The position numbers and the translations under genes are program-made. Below are positions 38,432 through 51,934 of a stretch of DNA of 64,000 nt, in pieces (position 1 is the first letter of the stretch; every line of letters starts with the position of its first letter). The notes beneath the pieces were generated by a model. The model worked only from the letters and a program-made list of their open reading frames with translations. It was not told where the DNA came from and did not search any database. The DNA comes from Octopus sinensis (taxonomy: Eukaryota): the NCBI RefSeq assembly GCF_006345805.1, contig NC_043003.1, positions 114,700,001 to 114,764,000 on the forward strand. Reading direction: 5' to 3'.

Positions 38432-38660
38432 ATATATGTGTACACATTTATATATATATATGTGTGTATATACATTTATAGATATATGCGTCTACATTTA
38501 TATATATATACATACATAAATACATACATACATACAAATATATGTCTGTGTGCGTATGTGTGTAACTGTGTGTAAATACATACATGTACATTTAGATACA
38601 TATATTTATACATACACACACACACACACACACACACATACACACACACATATATATAAC
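38100..38660. repeat. Compound (TA)n/(CA)n tract
   Basis: Directly visible. Confidence 0.9.
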
Positions 38661-38924
38661 TGTATCTCTTCGCGTTCATAAGAGAAGGCGACACTATCAT
38701 TCTCCCGTCTTTTGTCTATTTTGTAATATATAGAGGCATGTGCGTCTGTGTATATACAGTAATATATACAGATATATAAATACACATGCACACAAGCATA
38801 AGAACTGGCGTCTTCTTCACTTATGATAATATGTATATACACGAATTTATCTATATCTGTTTATCTAACCATCTATATATTTATATATATATATGTATGT
38901 ATGTATGTATATATATATATATAT

Positions 38925-39600
38925 AGGCGCATGAGTAGATGTGTGGTAAGTAGCTCACTAAGCGGTTAGGGCATTCGGCTCATGATCGTAAGGTTGTGAG
39001 TTCGATTCCCGGCGACGCGTTGTGTCCTTGAGCAGACACTTTATTTCACGTTGCTAGTCCGCTCAGTGGCAAAATGAGTTTACTTGTATTTCAAAGGGTC
39101 AGCCTTGTCACTCTCTGTGTCACGCTGATTATCCCCGAGAACTACGTTAAGGGTACACGTGTCTGTGGAATGCTCAGCCATTTGCACGTTAATTTCACGA
39201 GCAAGCTGTTCCGTTGATCGTATCAGCTGGGACCCTCGTCGTCGTAACCGGCGGAGTCTTTAAAAGCTCACTAAGCAACGACATGGTTTTGAGTTCAATC
39301 CCACTGCGTGGCACCTTGGGCAAGTGTCTTCTACTATAGCCTCGTGCCATCCAAAGCCTTTTTGAGTGGATTTGGTAAACAGAAACTGAAAGAAGCACGT
39401 CGGGTATATATTTATGAATGTGTGTGTGTGTATTTGTGTGTCTGTCACTCCCACCATCGCTTTACAACCGATGGTGGTGTGTTTACGTCCTCGTAACCTA
39501 GCGGTTCGACAAAATAGACATAGAACAAAGAAAAAATCCTGGGGTCGATTGGTTCGACTAAAGGCGGTGCTCCAGCATGGACGCAGTCAAATGACTGTAA
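38925..39600 (+). mobile_element. SINE family B interrupted by a SINE D insertion
   Basis: Head 38925-38963, remainder from 39265; colinear with 29407 once the insert is removed. Confidence 0.8.
38964..39264 (+). mobile_element. tRNA-derived SINE family D with 12-bp TSD
   Basis: B-box GAGTTCGATTCC and conserved central GTGTCCTTGAGCAGACACTT; TSD AGCTCACTAAGC at 38952-38963 and 39265-39276. Confidence 0.85.
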
Positions 39601-39611
39601 CAAATGAAAAC

Positions 39612-39764
39612 ATTGTGTGGTAAGTAGCTTGTTTACCAATCACATGGTTCCGGGTTCAGTCCCACTGCGTTGCACCTTGGGCAAGTGTCTTCTACTATAG
39701 TCTCGGGCCGACCAAAGCCTTGTGAGTGGTTTTGGTAGATGGAAACTGAAAGAAGCCCGTCGTA

Positions 39765-39804
<40 letters not shown>

Positions 39805-40025
39805 TGTGTGTGTTTGTGTATCTGTGTTTGTTTGTCCCCCTAGCATTGCTTGACAACCGATGCTGGTGTGTTTATGTTTCCGTTACTTAGCGGTTCGGCA
39901 AAAGAGACCGATAGAATAGGTACTGTGCTTACAAAAAAAGAATAAGTCCCGGGGTCGAGTTGCTCGATTAAAGGCGGTGCTCCAGCATGGCCGCAGTCAA
40001 ATGACTGAAACAAGTAAAAGAGTAA
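39612..40025 (+). mobile_element. SINE family B, near complete
   Basis: GTGTGGTAAGTAGCTTG..CCTTGGGCAAGTGTC..AAGGCGGTGCTCCAGCATGGCCGCAGTCAAATGACTGAAACAAGTAAAAG. Confidence 0.85.
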
Positions 40026-40659
40026 AAGATATATATATATATATATCATATCATCATCAATCATATATTTACTCTTCTACAAGATGATGTATGACAATAT
40101 CTCCTAAGCTCTGGCCTGCCATCCATCCATATACATATATATATATATGATTCCTCTGTCACGTAAACAAACGCACGCACTTCTAAAATCGTAATTCTTC
40201 AAATTTTGCACATAACGTCAAGCAAGAAGCATATCGCACTTATTCACACGGTACTTCCAATGCTTATGACCCCATGATTTATATTCTATCGACCCCCTTC
40301 CTCCTCCACGCTTTCACTCCCGAATTATTACAAAAATCCATAAATAAAAGTACAAAGAAATAAACAAAATCCCATTCAGACATTCCACAGCGAAAGTTCA
40401 TCTTTTGTTTTACTTTTTTTTTGTTGTGCCAATGTTCCTCTTTCTTTTCTTCCTACTTAATGTCTTTTAATTCTTATTTTTATTATATTTTCCCTTTTAG
40501 TTTTACAATTTTCGCATTAAAAAATGTCTTTACACCCAAATTCCCTCTTTAATAAAACTAAATAAATATCCATTTCATTTCTTTAGATAGTGTAAGCTTC
40601 AATAATTTTCTTGATGAAATTGTCGCATTTTTTTCTTGACCCCTTTGTTGTGTGTGTTG

Positions 40660-41255
40660 TTTTGCCTGCTGCTACTGCTGCTGCTACCGTTGTTATTTTG
40701 AGGAAGGCATTCTTTGAGTCGGTGGTGCTATAAGAATGGTGGTTTGGGGCGTTGATGTTTATGCTACAAATTGCAGTGTTGTTGATATTGCTGGTGTGGC
40801 CGATGGTGGAATGGCAGCGAAGCCGATTTCATTTTCGTTGTTGTGGTCGTCTTTGGAAGCCCTGCTTCTCCGTTAATGCTGATGATATTTGTGTTTATGT
40901 TCTTGCAGTTCAGGTTATTGTGTTTTGTGGTACTTTCGGCGGTGGTTGTAGCGGTGGTGGGGATCACCGTTTTGGTGGCAGTATTGTTGTTGTTGTGGTT
41001 AGTGGTAGAATGGTTTTAGTGATAATCTTTATATTGTTGTTATTGTTTGTGATGGTGTGATGGCGAGTGTGGTGGTGAGGGGGTTGTGATGGTTTCCCTT
41101 CTCTTCTTCTTCAGTTTTATTCTTTATTCTTGTTGTTGTTGTTGTTGCTATTTTGTTCCGGGTTGTCTACAACGGATTGTTTGATTTTCTCTACTTATTT
41201 ATTGTTTCTTTAGTTTTGTTCTGAATCACGGCGATGCAGCAGCAGCAGCAGCAAC

Positions 41256-41320
<65 letters not shown>

Positions 41321-42450
41321 CAGCAGAAGCAGCAGCAGCAGAAGCGGCAACAGCAGCGTTCTTGTTGTTATTGTCTGGTAACTATTGTCCTTTTTTTATT
41401 GTTCAACTTGTCATTAGTATTGTTATTGTTGCTTTTGCCGTTTTCGTCCATTTCCTCCCGGTTAGCATTATTATTGTTATTCTTGACGATGATGATGATG
41501 ATGATGATGACGACGGTGACAGCGATAACAGATGACTACGATGGCGACGACGACGATGATGTATATATTGCATTTTTTCCTTCTGTATTTTCTTGATATT
41601 CTTTATTTTTCTTCATTCTTCTCGATGTCGTTGTTGCAGCTATTTGTTTACATTCTTCGTTATTTTCTGGTATGTTGTGCTTTTGTTGAGGTTTGTCTCC
41701 TTGTTTGATATTGTTATTGTCATTCTCCTTCCTTCCATTGCTCGTCGACGTCGCCTTCGTCGTTGTTGATGTTGTTGTTGCTGTCGTTAACATTTAGTTG
41801 ATGTTCATCTTCCTGTTATGGTCGTTATGCCATTGTTAAGTCTACTTTACAGCAACGTTCTTTATTCCTTTCCTTCGTTTCATATTTTCATCGGACGTTA
41901 TTCAAAAGTGAAAACTAAATTTTTATTGCATTTATTTTTCTTTTTCTTTTTCTCTCTGTCAGTTTTCTGTGTTAAATTCATTTTTTCCTCTCACCAAAAA
42001 AAAAAAAAAAAAAAAAAATTAAAAATTATTTTGTATAAATTTTTTCTTTAAATACTTCCTTGAAATTCCACATCATCCATCTATTTCGCTAGTTTTCATT
42101 ACTCATTTTTTTTTTTTTTTAATTTTAATATTGTTTTACTTTCTTTAATATTAAACAAAAACCAAACTCCATGTCTGTTTTTCGTTCTTATGTTTCTTTT
42201 CTTTCTTAGATGTCCATTTAATTTATGATTTTTTTTCTCTCTCCTCTGCCATTTCACTTTTTTGCCTTTTGTTTTGTTCTTGTTGGTGTTAGTGTCGGCC
42301 TCGCATTGTTTCCATTTGACCTGACTTTCTCTTCCTCTTCTGCCCCCGCCTTCCTCCCATCTCTTCCTCTTCTGCCTCCCTTTTTTCCCTACTCTTCTTC
42401 GTCTCCCTCCCTTCTGCCCCACCTCTTTCTCTTCCTCTATTCACAAATTT
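40660..42450. repeat. Low-complexity region (GTT/GGT, AGT, AGC, GAT repeats, pyrimidine tracts)
   Basis: Directly visible. Confidence 0.8.
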
Positions 42451-42609
42451 AATATGTTTGAGAATTTGTTTGTCTCTTGGAGTGCAAGAGCTTCGTTACA
42501 GTTAAAGGTTCTTTTTATTTTATTTTCCTGTGTGAGTGGTTGTCACAGATTGTAGCCACAACAATAAATAAACAACAACAACAATTACAACAATAATTAC
42601 AATAATAAT

Positions 42610-42826
42610 CCTTTCTATTATAGTCACGAATCTTGAAATGTTGGGGGTAGGGGATATACGATTATATCGACCTCAGTGTTCAACTAGCACTTCTTTTAAC
42701 GACCCCGAAAGGATGACAGGTAAAGTCGACCTCCGGCGGAATTTGAACTCAGAACATAAAAGACGGACGGAATGCCACTTAAGCATTTTGCTCAGCGTGC
42801 TAACAATTCCGACAGCTCACCACCTT
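42610..42826 (-). mobile_element. SINE family A followed by (ATG)n tract (42845-43015)
   Basis: Reverse-complement similarity to 45135. Confidence 0.8.
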
Positions 42827-44832
42827 CGCTACTACCACCACTACTACTGATGATGATGATGATGATGATGATGACAATAATGATGATGATAATGATAATG
42901 ATGACAATGATGATAATGATAATGATGATAATGATGATGATAATAATGATAATAATAATGATAATGATGATGGTGATGATGGTGATGGTGATGGTCATGA
43001 TGATGATGATGATTAGATCTTTAATTTTCAATAGTATGACGGATGAAGGATCATAAGGAAAATTACAAAACGTTGTCGGATATTCAAAATCCTGGATACC
43101 GCCATATGCATGCTCTCACTGATAAAATGGTGAGACAGAGCAACGATGGTTTTGGCTAAATTCTGAACATCAATGCTGCTGAAAGCAACTGCCTCTTCTA
43201 GAAGATTTTCAGCCCAGGGAATTTGGAGTGGTCTTCCAGAACTCTCTCAGCTGGATATGACACTGGCTCCATTTGCCGGCAGCGAGACGAAATCTCCAGC
43301 CTGCAATTGAGCTGCATGGACAGATAGGATTATAACCATCCATGGATAATCCGGCTGGCTGATGCCGGATTCAGCTGTGGGTGAAGAAAAGCTGGATGGA
43401 TTTGAATTGAAATCGTGACGAAAGATTTGGCGGATTAGGCTGCAATCACTACGGACCGTCACATCTACTTCGAATGATTTCAATTTTTTTAATTATTTCA
43501 TGGAAAGAAAAGTGAGACTGGAAATGGATGTACAACTTTCCGGTTTAAGGATCTATGAGTGAAAATAACGTTTGAGACCCCAGAAAATTGGTCTTATTTT
43601 GCCACCCCATGTTGGCTGAAGGCGAGAGCTTGGACAGAGAACTTGCTTTTGGCATTTATCGTGGTCCAACATCAGTGGAGATCTCCGCTCGTCTTTATAT
43701 CGCTGTCCTCTTTATTGGATGCATTGTACTTAATTACTTCTATAATAACAGAGTCATCATTTGACTTTGAGGGTGAGGAGCAATTTCATCAGCAGGTTTT
43801 GAGAAATTATGAGAACTTCCACAATATATAACGAGTGATTATTCTTGGTCTTTGGCGAAGAGAGCTCGCCAACTCACAAAAGAGATGTGACAACGCTTCA
43901 TTTCACAATAGAGTGTGCGTATGCGTGTGTGCTTTGGTTAAAGGGCAAACTTGTGCTCTTCAGCTGAAAACTCCAGTAGGATGTTTTAAATCAGCAGAAA
44001 GGGGAAATAACTCTGCTGTTACCATTACTTAAGGACTTTTAAAAATCTGATTTCATAAGAGAAACCTGAAGCGGGGTGGAAACGAAGCAGAAAGTCGTCG
44101 TCGTTTAATCAAAACCCGACAAGATTTCGTTATTGAATCGAGATCCAGCCTCACTGATTTAGTGAGAAAATAGCTGTTACTGTCTCCGGAATAGAAAATG
44201 AAGTGAAATAATGCTTCCAAGGTTTTACTGCGCTCAGTTTTTTCCCCATTAAGAGGAATCTCCTTTTCGCTCCTCGATCCAGCACCAACATCATCATGGT
44301 CGTAGACATCGCCGCTGTGCACACCATGAGCCTCCTCCTTCTAATCATCATCATCATCTTCGACATCGTCATCAACAACACCACTATCACTAAGTGTACC
44401 CTCACCACCACCACTTCCTCCTCCTCCTCTACTACAATATCCTTACTCTCCTTTTCTACCATTACATACCACATATGTACCACCAACAACATCCCTCTCC
44501 CCTCATCTTCTCCATTTTCCTCTCCTTTCTCAATATCATCTCAAATATCACTTCCTTCATTACTATATACACAACATCCCATCTCACACAACATTCCCTT
44601 CACATTCACCGCCACCCCCGCCCTCTCGCCCCATACCCACCAAACTTTCATTTCATACTGGCCTTCCCCCACACCATCTCCACCATATCCTTTACAGCAT
44701 AGCTCACATTTCATCTCATCTCCTTAACCAACCCCGCTTCTCCAGCTGTAACACTATAATCTATTCTTTGTCCATTTGGTTTCCTTTCCCGCCGCTCCGC
44801 TGTGCCTCTATGTTTCCCAGCCCTACGTCTGC

Positions 44833-44865
<33 letters not shown>

Positions 44866-45134
44866 TCAATATTACTTGTCTCGCCAATATTTGAACAGAG
44901 AATCACATTAGCCAATACTTGCTAAGGCTTGTTAATATATTTTCTGCGGAGGAGACTGACTGGATTTCATCATTGATGGATGATATTAAGAGCATCCGCC
45001 AGGATGAGGTAACTCTATGCAAACTGCAAGTGTGATGAACGTTGTTTACATATACCCGTGTGCGCGCACATGTGTGGGTGTCTGTGTGTGTGGGTGTATA
45101 TATATAATATAATATATATAATATATAATATATT

Positions 45135-45366
45135 AAGGCGGCGAGCTGGCAGAAACGTTAGCACGCCAGGCGAAATGCTTAGTGGTATTTCGTCTGCCGT
45201 TACGTTCTGAGTTCAAATTCCGCCGAGGTCGACTTTGCCTTTCATCCTTTCGGGGTCGATAAATTAAGTACCAGTTCCGCACTAGGGTCGATGTAATCGA
45301 CTTAATCCCTTTGTCTGTCCTTGTTTGTTCCCTCTGTGTTTAGCCCCTTGTGGGTAGTAAAGAAAT
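45135..45366 (+). mobile_element. tRNA-derived SINE family A, complete reference copy
   Basis: A-box-like TGGCAGAAACGTTAG and B-box GAGTTCAAATTCC; at least 15 copies or fragments in the window. Confidence 0.9.
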
Positions 45367-45373
45367 GTATGTA

Positions 45374-45404
<31 letters not shown>

Positions 45405-45405
<1 letters not shown>

Positions 45406-45697
45406 GAGGCGCAATGGCCCAGTGGTTAGGGCAGCGGACTCGCGGTCGTAGGATCGCGGTTTCGATTCACAGACCGGGCGTTCTGAGTGTTTATTGAGCG
45501 AAAACACCTAAAAGCTCCACGAGGCTCCGGCAGGGGGTGGTGGCGATCCCTGCAGTACTCTTTCGACACAACTTTCTCTCACTCTTTCTTCTGTTGGCCT
45601 GATCGCTTACCCAGCGGGGTGGCGTCATTTGAAGACTAAAACAATGCGAAGCGCATTGTGACCAGCGATGTGTAGCAACATCTGATAGCCTAGTCGG
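45405..45697 (+). mobile_element. tRNA-derived SINE family C
   Basis: tRNA-like head GGCGCAATGGCCCAGTGGTTAGGGC..GGTTTCGATTC with no tRNA 3' acceptor stem; second copy on the minus strand at 59370-59577. Confidence 0.85.
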
Positions 45698-46392
45698 AAA
45701 AAGAAGACAAAAATATATATATATGTGTGTGTGTGTGTATGTATGGATATATATGTAATATGTGTGTATGTATGTATATATTTATCTATCTATATGACTA
45801 TATAAATTTATATTTTGTTGCAAGTTTTCTATATTTCTCAGTATTTAAATGCTATCATTAATCTTTTGTTGTAAAAATCATTCGACGTATACAGAGAAAC
45901 ACACACACACATACGCAAACACGTGCGCGGGCATACACATAAGCATACACACAGACATACACACACATGAATGCATACATACATATATACATACATCCGC
46001 AGACACACACTGTTTTATAAATTATTGCAAAATATCCTTATAAAAGGATGAGTGAATATCCCATTGCCTAAAAACAGCACAAACATAGGAAGGTCTTACC
46101 TTACATACGAGTATAAACATACGAGCTTTTGTTAATATTTATTTTTCATAAACTCACCTGCACACACAGGCTCACCCCGCTGTGAGTGTCGGCCCATTAG
46201 GAAATCTAATATGACAATAGAATTGCAATCACCAAGAGGTAATTTAGTCGGGTAGACGGGGGCATTGTGAATGGAAGTGCCCTTGCATGAAGGAATATTG
46301 TGCTACCCCCTACCAAACGGATTATATGATCGTTACGCCCTTTTGTTTTGATATTTATTTCTAATATTCGATTTAACCACGCACACACGCAA

Positions 46393-46631
46393 ATATTCTG
46401 TTGTGTTTGGGGAGAGTCATTCTCTTTTAGTGCCTTATTATTTAACACACTCACCGGTAAAATTACCACTTATTTCTTATTTTTTATTTTCTAAAATTTT
46501 CGTTCGGTCTTGCAACCTTTTCAATAGTTTTGACTCAAGAAAATAAAAAAATAAGTGGAAATTTTACCGGTGAGTGTGTTAAATAATAAGGCACTAAAAG
46601 AGAATGACTCTCCCCAGATACAACAGAATAT
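46393..46631. repeat. Fold-back inverted repeat (arms about 95-100 bp) enclosing a variant minimal HHR motif (46491-46527, minus)
   Basis: 46393-46492 pairs with 46538-46631. Spacer on minus reads CTA-TTGAAAA-G-GTT..AAC-GAA-AATT-T-TAG. Confidence 0.88.
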
Positions 46632-46807
46632 GCTTCAACACACGAACTCACATAAAGAATCTTGAAAACCAAATCCAAAAACGAAACGCACACAAATAGA
46701 TATGTATATATGTTTCAAATCTATACAAAACAAAAGACAGATGTATGTAAGGAAACAAGCAGGTGTATGAGTTTGAAGCTCGGGAAAAAGGTGCGCTGGT
46801 GTGCGTA

Positions 46808-46854
<47 letters not shown>

Positions 46855-47349
46855 CATAATTTATATCATGACATATGAGTTCTTCCTGAGGGGTGGGGTG
46901 GAAATGCAGTTTTTCTGTTTAACCATTCTACTTCTAAGTGGGGGGTAAATATTAAACCTGTCGCTATTAATTATTTTTTTTAATGAGCCGACTGGTTATT
47001 TGCGACGCCAGTGCCTGAATTAACACTGGGCGTATACATATGTATCACTAACGGACAAGATCGCTGCCATATCTAGCCGCAGACGTCTACCATTGACAAA
47101 GCAATGCAGCCCGAAATCGCGTGATCTAGTGGTTCCGGTGGCAATAATGGACAATTATCTTCCGATAGCGATATAAACACGAGTGCTATTGTGCCCCACA
47201 AGTCAATATGAAAGCCTCCACTCTTAAGAGGGGGTAAATATAGATGTATTTGAGTTGATATTTATCTCTCACTGGATGGAGTACTTTTTTGTTGATTCTA
47301 CCTCTATTGGATCTTTAAATTATATTTAAACAAAGAGTGCGGTGAATAT

Positions 47350-47965
47350 ATTGTAGTTTAAATTACGCAAAAATGAAAATAAAACTGACATCGCATTTTA
47401 ACAGATATATTTACTAAAATTACATAGAAATATCTTGAAGCACTAATGCGTAATTTATTCAATAAAATCGCCATTGGCTTTAACCACAGCCTCCAAACAA
47501 CTTCGGAATGTCCTCCCACTCTTCTGGGCGGTCTCCTTTTTAAAGTTGGTGAATGCTGCCATAATCCTTGCCTTTTGTTGGTCACTCGCTCCACTGCATC
47601 CCACACATAATAATCAAGCAGATTCCAGTCTGGGGATTTAGGTGGCCAGATGTTGGGGGTGATGTGGTCGCAGAGATTGTCTGACTGCCATAACTGGGTT
47701 CTCCTGCTTGTGTTGCAGACATAGGGTCTTCCAGCAGTCACTCCTTTGACCCAGGGCAACACTACCTCCTCTTGGCACTTGATCTAGGCTTCAGTGTTGA
47801 GTGTGAGACCGTGGGGGAAGATGAATGGAGGCATAACGTCGCCATCGCTAGTGATCACTCCAAACGCCATAATGTTGAACAGATGTTTGATTTTTATCAC
47901 TCTCGGTACATGTCCTGAGATTGCACTGTCGTCAGATTGACAACCAAATACTCGGAAATGTTCGT
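47350..47965 (-). mobile_element. Decayed DD37D/maT-like transposase 3' half
   Basis: IMAFGVITSDGDVMPPFIFPHGLTLNTEA*IKCQEEVVLPWVKGVTAGRPYV..NIWPPKSPDWNLLDYYVWDAVE; homologous to 10800-11130. Confidence 0.85.
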
Positions 47966-48096
47966 AATGGATCTTCTGGCGTGAATGCAAAAAAGTACAG
48001 CATGGTTATAGTAAATGACACTTGACAAAGTTGCCTCACAGTGGGACTGAACCCGGAAGCATGTGGTTGGAAAGGGGCTTGTTACCACCACCCCCA

Positions 48097-48154
<58 letters not shown>

Positions 48155-48440
48155 CTAAGCAATAAGGGTTCAGCAACGAATTGCTTACCACATACCGATT
48201 AGAAATAGCAGTCAAAGGTTATAGCTATTTCTTTACTAAAAAGGGAGATCTCAGTAAAAACAGCATTGGAAGGCTGACACAAACAGGTAAGAGAGTAATA
48301 ATTAACCGCAATCTATCAAACATTTTAAAGTTATCCACGGACGTACGTTTCGAAATCAGTTTTAGGAAAGCATAAGAATTAAAATATTAAATATATATTA
48401 TATATATATAATCAAAATAAGCAACAAGAATGACTCCGGT

Positions 48441-48529
48441 AATTTGGTACGATGGTTTCGTCCTACATCATTTTATTAAATGTTGTAAGTATACAATAGT
48501 TTAAAATGCTGAGCACTCATCAGCCAATT
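48441..48529 (-). ncRNA. Type I hammerhead ribozyme with canonical core and extended stem II
   Basis: Minus: AATTGG-CTGATGA-GTGCT..CATTTTA..TAAAATG..AGGAC-GAA-AC(CATC)GT-A-CCAAATT. Stem I 6 bp with one bulge, stem II 4 of 5 pairs plus a 7-bp distal helix, GUA triplet. Confidence 0.72.
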
Positions 48530-48571
48530 ATTTGAATCTAAACTTTTGCTGAACTTATATGTATGTATATG

Positions 48572-48622
<51 letters not shown>

Positions 48623-48659
48623 TCGACCAAAGATTAATCGAGGCCATGTCTAACATAAT

Positions 48660-49925
48660 ACACCACCTGATAGGATTATCTAAATTCTTTTGAAGTCAAG
48701 TCTTATTGAGTGAGTTGTATACAGGTATAAGAAGCTTATCTCGCATTCCTTGAAGAAATCTGTCCAGACTCCGTTTAAAGGTGATGGGATCCTTTTCCTC
48801 TTTGATCAGTTTTGGGACAATGTTAAACAGGGCAGGTCCTGTTGAGGATAAGAAATTGTGTCGCAGTGTACCTATATGTTGTGATCCTGAATTGGGCAGG
48901 GGATTATGGCCCGTGGTCCCAGCCTTGGATGAACCTTGAAGCTAATGTTCAAGTCGTTTGGGCAATACTGGCGGTATATTCTCCACATCGTGCAAATGAT
49001 GTACCGCTCGCTGGAGAGAGAAGAGTTTCAAGGCTTCAAGACGTTCCCAGCAATCGAGATAGTCATGTCTAATTCGTTTAGCGAATGCCCTCTGGGGGTG
49101 ATTCAATTTTCGAGATGTTTTGTTTTGTATGGGGGGCAGCAATATTCGAGGTGTGGCTGTACAAAGGAGAAGTGTGGAATGATGACACCTTGTTCTCTGG
49201 ACTGGAGGTTAAGATCCAGGAGCACACCCTACGAGCTATATCGACCTTATTGCTGATGTGGGCACTCAAACTGAGATTGTAATCAACAATTACACCCAGG
49301 TCTCTGATATTATTAGATGCGGTGGGCAGTTCCCCTAAAGGAAGAGAGTACGGTTGTTTTAGCTTAGTCATTTTTTCCAAAATGCATCAGCTCAAATTTT
49401 TCCCTCGTTTAGTTGCATTTTATTTTTGTCTGCCCATTGACTCGACGCATGTAGATTAGACTGGAGTTGAGTTCGGTCTTCTTTATTGATGATTTTCTGG
49501 AGTTTAGATTCATTAGCGAATATTTTCACGACGCTGGAAAGGTCGTTTATGTAGATTATAAAGAGGAGCGGGTCCAAGACAGTCCCCTGAGCGACACCAG
49601 TGGTGACTTTCGCTGGGCTTGAGTCGACTCAATCGACCATAACATGTATTTCCTTCGCTAAGAAATACTCGATCCAGTATAGAAGTTTTCCACGGATTCC
49701 AAAATTTGCCAATTCTGATAGTAAGATATTATGTTCAACCATGTCGAACGTTTTGCTGTAGTCAAGATATATGACATCAGAGTCCGAACCTGTTCTCAAT
49801 GCTTCAAGTATATCATCGATGAGGTGTAAGAAGTGTATTAGACAGTCCCTACCACAGCGAAAGCCATGCTGATTTGCATTTAGGAGTTTGTGGATCTCTA
49901 GGAAGGTAGCTACCCTTGATCTTAC
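48660..49925 (-). mobile_element. CR1/L2-type LINE reverse transcriptase fragment, pseudogenised
   Basis: NQHGFRCGRDCL..DVIYLDYSKTFDMVEH, TGVAQGTVLDPLLFIIYINDL, IRDLGVIVD, LKLFSLQR. Confidence 0.88.
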
Positions 49926-49965
49926 CCTTCATTCCATACTTATATATATATATATATTTATCATA

Positions 49966-50076
<111 letters not shown>

Positions 50077-51934
50077 CATGTGTGTGTGTGTGTGTAAATA
50101 CATATGTATATAATCGAAACTGTGCTGGTACTTTGCTCATGATCCTCTTATACATTTTGTATAATTTCTCCATCATCATATATATATATATATATATATA
50201 TGCACTCACAAATGTAGGATAGAGAGATCAAGGTGTAGGAAGAAAGTTAGGTTCGAGCAATCCGTAGTAAATATAAAACAACTTTCAGGAAGAACAGTGA
50301 TTTATTGAGACGGAAAGTTGCGGATTAAACTTCTTTATCGAAGACCGATGAATAGAAAACAATTCTTTTTCTATTCCACGGTAGGCGATCAGTGTTGCCA
50401 AATGTGCGAAAAAGAATACAAGTATTACGGAATGGAGTAGGAAAAATCTGGGCAGCATTAGTTTCATAGCGAGTGGAACCTCAGATGTGATAAAATTCAA
50501 GTGATACGTATACCACCAGCTACCCTTCAGGCATATATATGTGTTAATTATAATAAAGGTTAAAAATCATTAATGACTTTACCAAAAGGTCAGCGCGGAA
50601 ATAAAAACCTAATAGGTGAATTTTACAAATATTATAATAATTATATACATAATTATAACAAGAGATTGGCTTTAAACCTTTCGACGAGCTTGAAAATAGA
50701 CACGAAAAGACACTAGTACCACCTTAAAAACTCCGTAAAATAAAACATGGGCTGAAAGTCAAGCAAAAGAAATAATGAATTAAATTTTTTTTGTTAAATG
50801 TGTACAAGATCCTGTCTCAAGCTTCAGGTAAAAAAATACTACCTACTGCTATCTTCAGCAACGTTGCTCCGTAGCATAAATTCATGAATATCTACACATG
50901 CGTATACCAGCAGCAACTTCGTGCAGCAACATATCTACACAGTCATGAAAATATGCAGTAAAGTAGAATTTCCATCACTTTTTTAGCCACGTGTAGTATA
51001 TCAAAACAAATCCACAGTGAATGCAACTTTGATCAAGGAGTAAATTTTTCAAATACTAATTCTAATAATGGGTAAAAAGCCTTAATGCATTTACCAAAGG
51101 GTCAGCGCAGAAATATAAACCTTATAGGTAAATTTTACAAATATTATGATAATTATATACATAGTTCAGTCACAGTTCCATATATCTCTCATCTATACGC
51201 CTCCAACACACTGCATTTTCTTGTATATATCCTTCCGCTCCTCCTGACCTACACTTCTAACACAATTTTGATTTTGTCCTATTCTTCTAGACCCTCTATG
51301 TATTGTCTACTCTATTATTCTGTCTCCCTCTACCGAGTTGAGTTTATGTATTTATATATATATGAAGTGTCTTCTATGGTTAAAGTCTATTGCCTTTTGA
51401 ATTTACGGTGAGTGTTCATATCTATGAAATATTTCGGTCGAGGTGGTATCAAAAGGTTCTCGGACATGTTTATAGACATATATGCATAGTACTGCGATTC
51501 CTAAGCAGGAAATTCTAGAGACAGCTATAAAGAATGACTTCTATTCTCCACTCCACCATTTTATTTGTGAGGTTTGAGTATCAACTCTCCGGATATTTGG
51601 CTCTCTATGCGCCAAGAACGACGACAGAGCACCACTAGAATACTACTCTTTTACTATAGTGTCACCCTTCAGGATATACGGACCTATTTATGGAGAATTA
51701 CTATAAATGTGCGTATAGGATTGCAAACAGGCATGCGTGTGTATATGTGTGCGTGTGTGTGCGATGTTTATATATACACGCACATATACATGCACATATT
51801 TACACCAATCTATCTGTATATATATATATATATATAACGGGAAGCTTTATGAAAATAAACAAAAGACGAAGGCAGGTGGAATACAAACAAACAATTGTAT
51901 TAGTACGGCGCTCAGGAAATATAAATAAAACAAG

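Noticed and set aside
43050-43560. Possible mariner HTH remnant (ESSGRPLQ..) on the minus strand
   Set aside because: Similarity too weak to support without a profile search.
45405-45480. tRNA gene
   Set aside because: Has A and B boxes but no acceptor-stem closure, and continues into a SINE body also found at 59370.
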